Of a DNA stretch of 61,608 bases, positions 19,504 through 28,701 are shown piece after piece. Source of the DNA: Candidatus Omnitrophota bacterium (lineage in GTDB: Bacteria; Omnitrophota; Gorgyraeia; Zapsychrales; JANLHA01); contig JANPFV010000122.1 of the NCBI GenBank assembly GCA_031423615.1, positions 1-61,608 of the forward strand. Reading direction: 5' to 3'. A program made the position numbers and the translations under genes. The notes under the pieces are model-generated. The model did not search any database. It had not been told where the DNA came from and was given only the letters and a program-made list of their open reading frames with translations. The stretch's first letter is position 1; each line of letters begins with the position of its first letter.

Positions 19504-21360
19504 TCATTTAAGATTTTCTTCCGTATAAAGACACAATTCGATGAGGCGTTCCAAAAGTTGATCCGCAGGCATCCCGACAAAATTATGCAAAACCAATTCT
19601 TTGGCGAACAACCGGCAGATATACCGGAGCTTTCTGGCATTTTGCCCGGCGGCATAAATAAAATCGCGATGACCAGCGTTCATGACAACAATGTTTCGTT
19701 TCTGGTCATATCGGGACCGCCAAAGCTGGCCCGGCGCGCTTTCTAAGGTATAGCTTGGTAATCCTTTGGCATCCCCCGGCGCGGTTCCCTTGGCCATTTT
19801 TATCAATTCTGCTACGACAGTAACCGTGGCCTCGGCCTCACAAATAACATCACCTTGTTTAACCGTCGCTTGTAAACGGCTGATTCCCGGTTCGTTGGGC
19901 GCTTGAAAAATAATCATTTCGCCGTCCCGTTTGTCTAAGCTACCTGCTCCTTCAATAATTTCCCATGTCCATTGAAGATTTGCTTCCACGCGGCGTTTAT
20001 TACGATCCAACCCTACACCACAAAATGTCTTGCTTCGGCCCACCTCGACTAACGTCGACGACGGTTGTACCCTAGCGCCAAACAACGGCCCAGAAAATTC
20101 AAAAAATTGTTTCTGTCCTGTTTTCGAAGAAACAGCAAATCCATCACTCTCTTCCCTTGCCGCAAACCCGTTCGATTCTCCTTGTCCTTCTTGAACAAAC
20201 GAATCCACTCCTCCCGATCCGAGCGGGCCCGGACCGCGTCCCTGGCTATGCACATCAAACCAATCGTATTCTTCCCGGGGTAAAGCTAAAATGGCTTCCC
20301 TAAAAGCTTTTTGCACGGACCGCAGCGTGTTTTTGCTAACACGTTCATCTTCGGCCTTGCTTTGTTCCTCCGCGAGAGTTAAAAGAAATGCCTTGAGATG
20401 TTCCATCTGCTTGCACAATTGCGCAAAAGCCTCATCGCGGATAATTCCATCGCGCGTGCCCGGAGTCAGATTTAAAAATGGCGCGTCGATGATGCCTTGA
20501 AAATAACCGCTGGTCCACGGGCTTCCCTGGAACTCATCTAAAATACTCAAGGCGGGCAACACCCGGGTTCCCGCTCTAAACAAACTGATACTATTTTCCG
20601 GATTCTTTTCATCCAGATAAAGTTCGGCATACGCAGCACCAAAAGGAGTTGTTATTTTAGGGAGATTGTGGATCAACTGCCCTTCAAATTGGCGAGGTTC
20701 AACGTGTGCTTCCATCCGTGTCATTCTATCAACGACTTTAATACTCACCCCCGAATTACGAATACGATCGCGCAATTCAGAGGCTAAATAACGTTGAATT
20801 TTCTCGCCCGTCAAGAGGCGATTTCCCTCCAGCAAAGGGGCAATGATCAACTGGGTCCCTCGAGTAGAAAGCAAATGTGGCCGGGGAGTTACAACATATC
20901 CAGATTGACCTTTGTCCATTATCATCTGATAAGTTTTTCCGTCTTTCCCTGCGGAAATGACCGTCAATCTCTGGCCAACTGTCCAAAAGCTAAGGAGTCC
21001 AATACCAAACTCTCCCTGAATATTTTGCGCGCCCTTTTCTTTCAAACGGCGTTTGATCGAATCGCAAATATGAGTGGCCACATACTTGAAATCCGGCTGC
21101 CCGTCCTCACCGCAGGGAATGCCATCGCCATCGTCGACGATTTTCAAATAATACTGTCCCTTTTCCCGGCCGCGAGCAATGGTCACCTGTCGCGCGTGCG
21201 CGTCAATACTATTTTCGACAAACTCGGCAATAGCTTTCAGCGGATTATTTTGCGACAGCGCAATAATGGTAATGGCATTCCAGTCATCGCCAATTCGCAA
21301 ACGGCCGGTCGATTTGCTACCAGCTTGTTTCTTGTTTTTTATGATCTTCTTTTCTGTCAT
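19504..21360 (-). CDS. GHKL (HATPase_c_3 / MORC-like) ATPase with Ig-like insert
   Basis: N-box AEFVENSIDA, G1 DDGDG, G2 GEFGIG; beta-rich segment (WEIIEGAGSL...FQAPNEPG); C-terminal VMNAGHRDF. Confidence 0.75.
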   Translation of the reverse strand: MTEKKIIKNKKQAGSKSTGRLRIGDDWNAITIIALSQNNPLKAIAEFVENSIDAHARQVTIARGREKGQYYLKIVDDGDGIPCGEDGQPDFKYVATHICDSIKRRLKEKGAQNIQGEFGIGLLSFWTVGQRLTVISAGKDGKTYQMIMDKGQSGYVVTPRPHLLSTRGTQLIIAPLLEGNRLLTGEKIQRYLASELRDRIRNSGVSIKVVDRMTRMEAHVEPRQFEGQLIHNLPKITTPFGAAYAELYLDEKNPENSISLFRAGTRVLPALSILDEFQGSPWTSGYFQGIIDAPFLNLTPGTRDGIIRDEAFAQLCKQMEHLKAFLLTLAEEQSKAEDERVSKNTLRSVQKAFREAILALPREEYDWFDVHSQGRGPGPLGSGGVDSFVQEGQGESNGFAAREESDGFAVSSKTGQKQFFEFSGPLFGARVQPSSTLVEVGRSKTFCGVGLDRNKRRVEANLQWTWEIIEGAGSLDKRDGEMIIFQAPNEPGISRLQATVKQGDVICEAEATVTVVAELIKMAKGTAPGDAKGLPSYTLESAPGQLWRSRYDQKRNIVVMNAGHRDFIYAAGQNARKLRYICRLFAKELVLHNFVGMPADQLLERLIELCLYTEENLK

Positions 21361-21458
21361 TTCAATATCCTTATTAAATAAACGCTCGTTTTTCTTATTT
21401 GGAGAAAACCCAAAAGTGACCAGTTATCGGCCGAAGATTAGGAATTCTTTTCCCTGGC

Positions 21459-22511
21459 CTACATGTCCTTTTTCATATTTTCTAATACATAGCGATGCAA
21501 GGTTGTGATTGATGCTTCTTCCATCGGCTTCCATAGCCATGTCGGCCGTAGCCGGCTTTGATACCGCGTCGTTAAGATAATACGCGTCGTTCCCGCGGCG
21601 GTAGGTTGCAAAAAGAAACTCCCATCGAGAAGAGTGACATCGTGTTCAAAATGAATATGCTGTTCTATGACATCAAAACTCAATAATCGGCCTTCTTCCA
21701 AATGATTTATACGTTTAACAATATAATGCCCTTTATTATAAAGACATTTGGTGAGGCTTCCCACCGCATCAGCCGAACCCTCGGTCCCTTGCGGTTGCGG
21801 TAGTCCCAGTTTTAACAATAAAGGTGGCTGGCCTTTAATCGCTTCATAAAAACGTATCTTCTTCCATACCTTTAAGGGTGGTTGATCTATAACAAAGGAT
21901 GTTTGGACCGTATTGGGCGGCGACAAGGTAAATATTTTGTTTTCCACATAACCATTTCCAATGGGGAAAATGATAAAGACAAGGATGGGAATAAAACTAA
22001 ATTTTTGCGCAATACGATCCAGCATGATCGTGCGCAATATCCCACCCAGAGTTATCCCCAGCAAAACAGGTAGCAAAAAAATCAAGCCCAAGGTCAAACC
22101 ACAGAACATGCCCGAAATCTTGCTAACCATAATGGCTGAAACAATGCAGATAATCGCTAAAAACCCCAGCCCCAAACTCCACCACAATTTAATCGCGCCG
22201 GTTTTATATCCCAGAATAGCGCCAAAGCTCGTCGGCACCGCAAAGAAAAGGGCCCATCCCATTCCCTGTTTAGAAAAACAGAGAAAGACAATGGCATAAG
22301 TGATAAATCCAACCAAGATTGAAAAACACCATCCCGGTAGCCAGAATTCTACCCGGTGAAAATCCTTTTCCGCTAAATACGTTTCGCGTTTATGCGGGTC
22401 GTACTGAAGGTGGCAGCGATGACACTCCGGGAAATTCTCTCGCAGGGCGGCTTCACAACGCAGACAATATCGGCGGCCATGGGGAGGCGAACTTTCCTTT
22501 TCATTATTCAT
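21459..22511 (-). CDS. Membrane protein with N-terminal Zn finger and C-terminal SRPBCC-like domain
   Basis: CLRC...CHRC; about 5 TM helices; C-terminal VWKKIRFYE...TTRYQSRLRPTWLW. Confidence 0.65.
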   Translation of the reverse strand: MNNEKESSPPHGRRYCLRCEAALRENFPECHRCHLQYDPHKRETYLAEKDFHRVEFWLPGWCFSILVGFITYAIVFLCFSKQGMGWALFFAVPTSFGAILGYKTGAIKLWWSLGLGFLAIICIVSAIMVSKISGMFCGLTLGLIFLLPVLLGITLGGILRTIMLDRIAQKFSFIPILVFIIFPIGNGYVENKIFTLSPPNTVQTSFVIDQPPLKVWKKIRFYEAIKGQPPLLLKLGLPQPQGTEGSADAVGSLTKCLYNKGHYIVKRINHLEEGRLLSFDVIEQHIHFEHDVTLLDGSFFLQPTAAGTTRIILTTRYQSRLRPTWLWKPMEEASITTLHRYVLENMKKDM

Positions 22512-23289
22512 CGGACAATCCTTTCATTAACAATAAAGCATGCTCATGACAAATTTTATTTAACCACCAATGCCTCAAGGCGCGGGGAATCCATCGGGCT
22601 GTCCATTGACCCTTAACGACAATCGACAATTTAGAACGTCTACGGTTAGTCTTTTTTTCTTCCGGCAAATCCGATATTTCAATAAAAAATACGTGCGGAA
22701 AACCAAACCTTGGCCCTTTTGCGGATAGATCACTGAAAGAATATCCCTTCCCGAGACGCCAAGATAGAATTTTCCCGAATCTTAAAAAGCGAAACCCTAG
22801 AATCTGGTGTTCCAGCAGAATATCGGTGCGGGGCAAAGGACATGTTCCCATAACAACAACTCGACTATGAAGCGGGTCGATGCAAAGAAATTTCTCCGGG
22901 TCGCTGATTATCTTCCAAAGCTCCTCTGCAGATTTTGGAATGTCAATTTCTATTTGAGCATGAATTTTATTGGCCCCAGATTGCAGACAAAAAATCTGTG
23001 AAGACATGGCGGGATCAATGTATTTTCTCTGCTGACGTTCAATGTCCTGCTCGGTCTGTCTTGCGCATAAAAATCCCAAACCTGCAAAAGCCAGAAAATT
23101 CACCGTTACAGAAAGAAAAGAGACTTGCAAAAATATTTTCTGTAAAATAATTGTTAATACCGCCGCCGCGCCAAACCATATAAGGGCCAACCCACTGCCC
23201 ATCCACAAATATCCCGAACCAGGAACAACCATAGATAAAGCCATGGCCGTCCATTTGTAAGAAGAATTCGAGGTTTTTGTGTCGATCAT
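22504..23289 (-). CDS. Membrane protein with C-terminal SRPBCC-like domain
   Basis: Three N-terminal TM helices (VPGSGYLW), then EIDIPKSAEELWKIISD; overlaps the next gene; start trimmed to MIDTK. Confidence 0.55.
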   Translation of the reverse strand: MIDTKTSNSSYKWTAMALSMVVPGSGYLWMGSGLALIWFGAAAVLTIILQKIFLQVSFLSVTVNFLAFAGLGFLCARQTEQDIERQQRKYIDPAMSSQIFCLQSGANKIHAQIEIDIPKSAEELWKIISDPEKFLCIDPLHSRVVVMGTCPLPRTDILLEHQILGFRFLRFGKILSWRLGKGYSFSDLSAKGPRFGFPHVFFIEISDLPEEKKTNRRRSKLSIVVKGQWTARWIPRALRHWWLNKICHEHALLLMKGLSDE

Positions 23290-23299
23290 GAATTTATTT

Positions 23300-23716
23300 C
23301 TACAGCTGACCTGGGCTCTGAAGGTAGGGCCCTTCCTTTCTGGGCACAATCATCCAAAGAATAATATATAACAATATTCCTGCTCCGCCCAAAAAAACCA
23401 AAACTAAGAAACCAACGCGAAAAAAAACCGGGTCAAGATCAAAAAATTCGCCCAACCCACCGCAGACACCCGCAATCTTCTTATTGACAGTGGATAAATA
23501 TAATCTCTTGGTTGTGACAATGGCATTTCGCTCCTGATCTTGAACCGGCAAGACAATCCACATAATAATATAAGCCAGTATCCCCATTCCTCCGACGAAG
23601 GTCAGAATAATGAATAAGGCTCTCAGAAGAACCGGGTCGAGGTTAAAATATTCGCCTAGCCCGGCACAAACACCGGCAATCTTTTTTTCTTTACTTATCC
23701 GATAGACTTTCTTCAT
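23300..23716 (-). CDS. pspC: Tandem two-domain PspC protein
   Basis: Two near-identical KKIAGVCxGLGExFxLDPV...YIIxWI/MxxP repeats; start trimmed to MKKVYR. Confidence 0.85.
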   Translation of the reverse strand: MKKVYRISKEKKIAGVCAGLGEYFNLDPVLLRALFIILTFVGGMGILAYIIMWIVLPVQDQERNAIVTTKRLYLSTVNKKIAGVCGGLGEFFDLDPVFFRVGFLVLVFLGGAGILLYIILWMIVPRKEGPYLQSPGQL

Positions 23717-23806
23717 GTCCGGCCCTTTCTCAATTTTTATAGAATCCTTTTTTTCAGTATAAACAAGAACGCCTTCGAAATCCATTTGCTCAAAGGACCG
23801 AACGAC

Positions 23807-25111
23807 TCACCCTGACATACGAATATCTAAAATCAACTTATGGGCGACACAAAATTGCTTAAAGTCTTCCAATTCCTTCTCTACATATAATATTTCATCG
23901 CCCCACCGTTTACACCCAGGGCCAAACGTTAAGCGCGTGCCGATAGGAAGACTCGCTGCCCACGTTTTCAGCTCACTGTAAGTCGAAATTCTTTGCTCTC
24001 CCGTCGAAATATTCGATGTTAATTTGCCATCAACCACGCGGTATTCGTATTGCAATAAATACGATCCTTCTGCCTGCACACGCAACGTTATGCCGTAAGA
24101 AAACTCCTTTGACGTTGTTTGCGTCGTGATAACAGCCAGCGTAATATTATCCGAAACATTCAAGACATCTTTATTGGAAATAATTTTATTGATAAAGACC
24201 TTCTGGACTGTTTCTCCTTGCAAATCTAAACTCCCTGACTGGGCGTAAGGGTGGTCTTCAGGATTTTTAAAGCCGCCGGTGCGTCCAAAACTATACCCCA
24301 CTCTTAATACCTGCTTTTGGCCATTCATTATTTTCTCAACTTCGCCAATAGCAAATTCAAACTGCAGAGGCAAATACCCACCTGATAAACGTTTGCTATC
24401 CACTAAAACTTTTTCTTCGCCTTGTGGGCCGGTCAACACGATTTCAAGTTTTCTAAACGTGGCTTTGGTTTTAAATTTCCAAACGCTGGGAAACAAATTG
24501 GATTTAGGAAATAGGGCTCCGTACTCGTCTTCCAGGAAGAATTGCCTTTGCTCCAAAGGAACGGATTGACTGTCTTTTTGCAGCCTCTCGCTAAGCTTTT
24601 GATAATATTTCTTTTGTTCTGCCGGATTATCTTTTCTTTTCCAATAATCCTTTATCCACTCATCGCTGGGGCAGGCATAATCCAAGCCATAGCTCCCATT
24701 CTGCCAAATTAAAAATTTATCGAAACTATAAATATGACTGTTGCTCATGTCAAAAGTTATTTGCAAAAGATGCGTCGGCATTTCTTCGATGGGTAAATCA
24801 AGCCGTTGCGCCTGACTAATTCTTTGTTTTTCTTGATCCACATCAAGCGACGTTAAGAGTTTGATGTGAGTTTTATAATTGGTTGGAATTGTATGCCTAA
24901 ATTCTTGGGCAAAGAGATCAGCAAAATATTTTTCATTACCTTTATCAAAACAGGCTTGGCCTAAGGGGGTCATCAAACTTTTCATGAGTTTGACATCTTT
25001 ATTATTGACCGCCTCGACGTATTTTTGCACGAATGTTTTATCGGCGCTTTCTTGTGCATAAACCGGCAAGCAAACCAATATTCCCAAGACAACAATAAAG
25101 AGATTGAGCAT
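23807..25111 (-). CDS. Hypothetical secreted multidomain protein
   Basis: Likely start MLNLFIVV with AGGAG RBS and signal peptide; the upstream in-frame extension to 25270 is a HEPN remnant. Confidence 0.7.
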   Translation of the reverse strand: MLNLFIVVLGILVCLPVYAQESADKTFVQKYVEAVNNKDVKLMKSLMTPLGQACFDKGNEKYFADLFAQEFRHTIPTNYKTHIKLLTSLDVDQEKQRISQAQRLDLPIEEMPTHLLQITFDMSNSHIYSFDKFLIWQNGSYGLDYACPSDEWIKDYWKRKDNPAEQKKYYQKLSERLQKDSQSVPLEQRQFFLEDEYGALFPKSNLFPSVWKFKTKATFRKLEIVLTGPQGEEKVLVDSKRLSGGYLPLQFEFAIGEVEKIMNGQKQVLRVGYSFGRTGGFKNPEDHPYAQSGSLDLQGETVQKVFINKIISNKDVLNVSDNITLAVITTQTTSKEFSYGITLRVQAEGSYLLQYEYRVVDGKLTSNISTGEQRISTYSELKTWAASLPIGTRLTFGPGCKRWGDEILYVEKELEDFKQFCVAHKLILDIRMSG

Positions 25112-25154
25112 AACCTTTCTCCTGACTTTATTAGCATTGCTCCATAGGCTACCC

Positions 25155-25505
25155 GCTGTCCACATATGATTTTTAAAAACATGTTGTATAATCTCATCGA
25201 ATTCTTCCGTCTTATTCCAGTAAACTGCATATTGAAGTTGATCGACGGCTTGTATTTTAAAATATTTCATCGTCGCAAAACTCTCGCTAATCTTTCACCA
25301 TAAAGCAGTCGATGGAACCTCCTTGGAATGTTTCTCTAGATAAACGCTTGTTTATTTTAGTAAATAAATACTACCGCATTCGGGGAGCATTGTCCAATCG
25401 GAATTGCTGAGGCAATTGTGATGCAAATATTTTTAAGGCAAGAAAACGGCCCCGTGAGGACGGCTTTCGGCCCTCAAACCGGGCACTCGCTATAGCTCGC
25501 AACTG
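25155..25505 (-). pseudogene. Decayed duplicate of the MNT-HEPN unit (promoter, last codons of MNT, first ~40 codons of HEPN)
   Basis: 25155-25313 aligns with 26082-26240 (offset 927) and 25328-25505 with 26831-27006 (offset ~1502); most of MNT is deleted. Confidence 0.85.
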
Positions 25506-25508
25506 GCT
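25443..25508. repeat. att-like repeat 1 (with 30-nt insertion)
   Basis: AAAACGGCCCCGTGAGGACGGCTTTCG[30 nt]CAACTGGCT. Confidence 0.7.
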
Positions 25509-25769
25509 TTATACAAAGCCATCTTTTTTTGATACCGGTTCAAACTTATCGCCCGGTTCCACACGAATATAAATCCTTTTCTCAGAATACCGGCTTGTTG
25601 ATGGCCCGAACTCATCATTCAGGTCTCTTCAAAAATCTGCAAAACATTCAACTTCTTCATTTTCATCATACTTTTCCTGATAGACAATTTCCGTCGCGTC
25701 CGGAGAGTCATCTCCCCCAAGAACTTTCAAAATAAACCCATTCTTTGCTCTGCGTATTTCAAAAACCAT
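25509..25769 (-). pseudogene. 86-codon ORF with one in-frame TGA (absent from the ORF track)
   Basis: GGAG RBS; MVFEIRRAKNGFILK...ECFADF*RDLNDEFGPSTSRYSEKRIYIRVEPGDKFE...; TGA at 25629-25631. Confidence 0.65.
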
Positions 25770-25792
25770 GTCTCTTCTCCATCTAGAAATAT

Positions 25793-26200
25793 TTATTTTT
25801 TATTCAAATAGTCAAATGCCCATAAATAAAAACGTTCCACCTGTTTAAATATCTCCATCGCATCGCTTTCGCGAAACTCTCGATTATCATAAGCAATGGC
25901 GTTCTTTTTGGCAATGATACGACGGATAGATGCCACCTGCTTTTCAACTCCTGCCACCGGAACCCTTGCCAATAAATCGACGGTCTGCATATGATCTTCG
26001 CCTGATGAACGCAATCCTTGGAATTTCACCGACAAGGCATCGCAGGAAGAAATTACGCAATGCACGGCATTTAATCCAACTGCTGTCCACATCCGGTTTT
26101 TAAAGGCATGTTGCATGACTTCATAAAATTCTTCCGCCTTATTCCAATAAATCACATATTGTCCTTGATCGACTGTTCTTGTTCTTAAATGTTTCATCAT
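25793..26200 (-). CDS. HEPN-domain protein (putative toxin of an MNT-HEPN pair)
   Basis: Overlaps the MNT stop (ATGA); helical, AVHCVISSCDAL, EDH, KKNAIAYD motif. Confidence 0.75.
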   Translation of the reverse strand: MMKHLRTRTVDQGQYVIYWNKAEEFYEVMQHAFKNRMWTAVGLNAVHCVISSCDALSVKFQGLRSSGEDHMQTVDLLARVPVAGVEKQVASIRRIIAKKNAIAYDNREFRESDAMEIFKQVERFYLWAFDYLNKK

Positions 26201-26826
26201 CGCAAAAGTTTCTCTAATCTTTCACCATAAATAAGTTGATACGACTTAAGGATTTCGGGTATTGCCCCACTTTGCTTCTTGGCCTTACTTTTTAATTCTG
26301 CAAGAGTGTTCACATAAGGAGAAATAAGATGGCCCCATTGAGAGGATACTTTCTGATCTAGCTCGGAAAAAAGGGTCTCGGCTTTAGATTTGAATTCAGC
26401 TGTTTTAACAATAACCAGCAAGTCTACGTCGCTTGTTGAATTTTCTGTTTTGGCGTGAACACTACCAAACACCGCAATGCTAATAATGTCATTTTTCATT
26501 TTGGATCTTTTTACAGTTGTGCGGATAATATCAAATAATCGTTCGCTCAGAATATTTTCGGCAGCAAAAAGAGGTCTAAGAACATCCTTAACGACAACCC
26601 GCTCTTCAGCAAGACGGAATAAATGGGTTTTGCCGACAACGCGCATAACAAGAATGCCTTCGACTAAAAGATCCTGCAATATCTCATGAGCGGTTTTAGG
26701 CGTTACCCCTGCCAGGGCTGCTATTTGCCGCCCGCTCATTTCACCCTGATTTTGGCTAAAAATACGTAAGGCGCGGACTTTAATTTCATTATTTAAAACT
26801 TTATCCAAGGGTCTATTGAGCCGCAT
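26197..26826 (-). CDS. HTH-fused minimal nucleotidyltransferase (MNT antitoxin)
   Basis: N-terminal wHTH (SGRQIAALAGVT); FGS-X10-DVD motif; start set at MRLNRP. Confidence 0.85.
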   Translation of the reverse strand: MRLNRPLDKVLNNEIKVRALRIFSQNQGEMSGRQIAALAGVTPKTAHEILQDLLVEGILVMRVVGKTHLFRLAEERVVVKDVLRPLFAAENILSERLFDIIRTTVKRSKMKNDIISIAVFGSVHAKTENSTSDVDLLVIVKTAEFKSKAETLFSELDQKVSSQWGHLISPYVNTLAELKSKAKKQSGAIPEILKSYQLIYGERLEKLLR

Positions 26827-26831
26827 CGATA

Positions 26832-26869
26832 TGTTTATCCTTGTAAACACGTGTTTATCTAGGTAAACA
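26832..26869. promoter_or_regulatory. Two tandem palindromic operators upstream of MNT
   Basis: TGTTTATCCTTGTAAACA (26832-26849) and TGTTTATCTAGGTAAACA (26852-26869). Confidence 0.65.
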
Positions 26870-26944
26870 AATAATACCCCGTATCCGGAAGATTGTCAAA
26901 TCGAAATTGCTGACGCAATTTATACGTGGAGACTTTTTGAATTG

Positions 26945-27010
26945 AAAACTGCCCCAATTGGACGACTTTCGGCTCTCATGCCGGGCACTCGCAGTTGCTC
27001 GCAACTATTT
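26945..27010. repeat. att-like repeat 2 (with 30-nt insertion)
   Basis: AAAACTGCCCCAATTGGACGACTTTCG[30 nt]CAACTATTT. Confidence 0.75.
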
Positions 27011-27048
27011 GTATGTTTAAGATAGTTCTTTAATCGACGCCAAGAAAT

Positions 27049-27498
27049 TTATTTTATCACTTCTACGTCGATAGCCTTACTGCACACGGTGCCTTGAATA
27101 CAAAGCCGAAAATTAAATCTTTCAAATTTAGTCTTCCCATCAACAAAGTGAACTTCGCACACCTGCTCATAAGTGTCACCCGAGTTTAGAATAATGGGTC
27201 GGTCAGGAGATCCGTTTTGATCACACATCCAACCATCGCTGATTAAAAAATCCTTGTCCGTACTCCACCCCTGCACCCCGTGAACACCGCATATCTCGGT
27301 CCCAATATTCTGAGGAACAGAACTCACATTGGTTATACGAACAGGTATTTTGATCATCCCCGGAGCTGTGACTTTTTCAATTTTGCTTAGAACTTCAATC
27401 TGAAGGGAAGGATTGTCACTGTAAGATATTTTATATGTAACAAATAAAATCAAGATGGCGAATAAGATCGAGAAGATTTTTTTCAAATTTTCCTCCAT
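27049..27498 (-). CDS. Hypothetical secreted/membrane-anchored beta-sandwich protein
   Basis: Hydrophobic N-terminus; IPVRITNVS...ILNSGDTYEQ Ig-like pattern; four-plus Cys; start set at MEENLKK. Confidence 0.6.
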   Translation of the reverse strand: MEENLKKIFSILFAILILFVTYKISYSDNPSLQIEVLSKIEKVTAPGMIKIPVRITNVSSVPQNIGTEICGVHGVQGWSTDKDFLISDGWMCDQNGSPDRPIILNSGDTYEQVCEVHFVDGKTKFERFNFRLCIQGTVCSKAIDVEVIK

Positions 27499-27510
27499 TG
27501 TCGTAGTATT

Positions 27511-27548
27511 AAAAAACTGCCCCAATTGGACGAGTTTCGCAGCTGGCT
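27511..27548. repeat. att-like repeat 3
   Basis: AAAAAACTGCCCCAATTGGACGAGTTTCGCAGCTGGCT; shares 21 identical nt with repeat 2. Confidence 0.75.
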
Positions 27549-28695
27549 AATATTTGAATTTTAAAGCGTTCAAAGGAATAGCCGTGACATTTTTAGCTAA
27601 AGGATATTCTTCTTTTCCTGAATGAATAACCCATACATGCTTAAGGGAAAGTTCTTGGATGGCTGACTGTATCGAAGACGTCACGGCGGGAGCCTGGGTA
27701 TGTTTGACCTCAACTCCATAGAGACGACCGTTTTTTTCAAATACCAAATCGATCTCTCCCCCTGTGTGAATTCCCCAGAAAAAAGCCTGATTTTCTCTGA
27801 TCTCCAAAAACTTAATCACCTCTTCAAGAGCAAAACCTTCCCAAGAAAATCCAAGCTGCGGATGGGTCAAAAGTCCTTTTTCGTTTTCAATTGACAAAAG
27901 TGCATGTAGAATCCCAGAATCTCGGAAATAAATCTTTGGTGTTTTGACAATTCTTTTTTTTGTATTATAAAACCACGGCTTGACTTCCCGAATCATAAAT
28001 GTTGCAGCCAACAAATCCAAATATCTTCGGGCGGTATGGTCCGAAACACCCAAACTCCGGCCAATTTCAGAAGCATTGAACAATTGAGCATGATAATGCG
28101 CCAGCATGGCCCAAAAGCGCTGTAACATGCGCGCCGGAATTTGCAGCCCCAGATTCGGAATGTCTCTTTCCAAAAACGTCGCAATAAAGTCCTGACGCCA
28201 TTGGAAAGAATTTTTTTCCGCTTTTGCAAGATAAGATCGAGGAAAACCCCCTCTTAACCAAAGTCTTTTCAATTGATTCTGCGCCACATTTTCCCGATGA
28301 AAGCCGGAAATTTCCATAAACGCGATACGTCCCGCCAAAGTTTCTGAACTTTGTTTCAATAAATGCTGGGAAGCGCTTCCTAAGATTAAATATTTGACAT
28401 TCTCGGCTTGGTCAGCCAGAACACGTAAAACAGGAAAAATCTCCGGCGCACGCTGAATCTCATCAATAACCACAATGCCCTTTAAATCATGAAGGGCCGT
28501 TAATGGGTCAGCCAATCTTTGAATATCTCTGGGGTTTTCGCAGTCAAAAAAATGAGCTTCGCTTTTAATGCGGTCAATGATTTGATGAGAAAGGGTGGTT
28601 TTGCCGCATTGGCGAGGGCCTAGCAAAGCCACGACGGGATTTGATTTTAAAAGACGTGTGGCGCGGTCTATTTCTGGCTTTCTAATAATCTGCAT
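27547..28695 (-). CDS. AAA_14 ATPase with DUF4143 (PD-(D/E)xK-like) C-terminus
   Basis: GPRQCGKTT, IDEIQR, SETLAGR, RGGFP, KTPKIYFRDSG, GEIDLV...GVEVK; start trimmed to MQIIRK. Confidence 0.9.
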   Translation of the reverse strand: MQIIRKPEIDRATRLLKSNPVVALLGPRQCGKTTLSHQIIDRIKSEAHFFDCENPRDIQRLADPLTALHDLKGIVVIDEIQRAPEIFPVLRVLADQAENVKYLILGSASQHLLKQSSETLAGRIAFMEISGFHRENVAQNQLKRLWLRGGFPRSYLAKAEKNSFQWRQDFIATFLERDIPNLGLQIPARMLQRFWAMLAHYHAQLFNASEIGRSLGVSDHTARRYLDLLAATFMIREVKPWFYNTKKRIVKTPKIYFRDSGILHALLSIENEKGLLTHPQLGFSWEGFALEEVIKFLEIRENQAFFWGIHTGGEIDLVFEKNGRLYGVEVKHTQAPAVTSSIQSAIQELSLKHVWVIHSGKEEYPLAKNVTAIPLNALKFKY

Positions 28696-28701
28696 GCTAA
28701 A

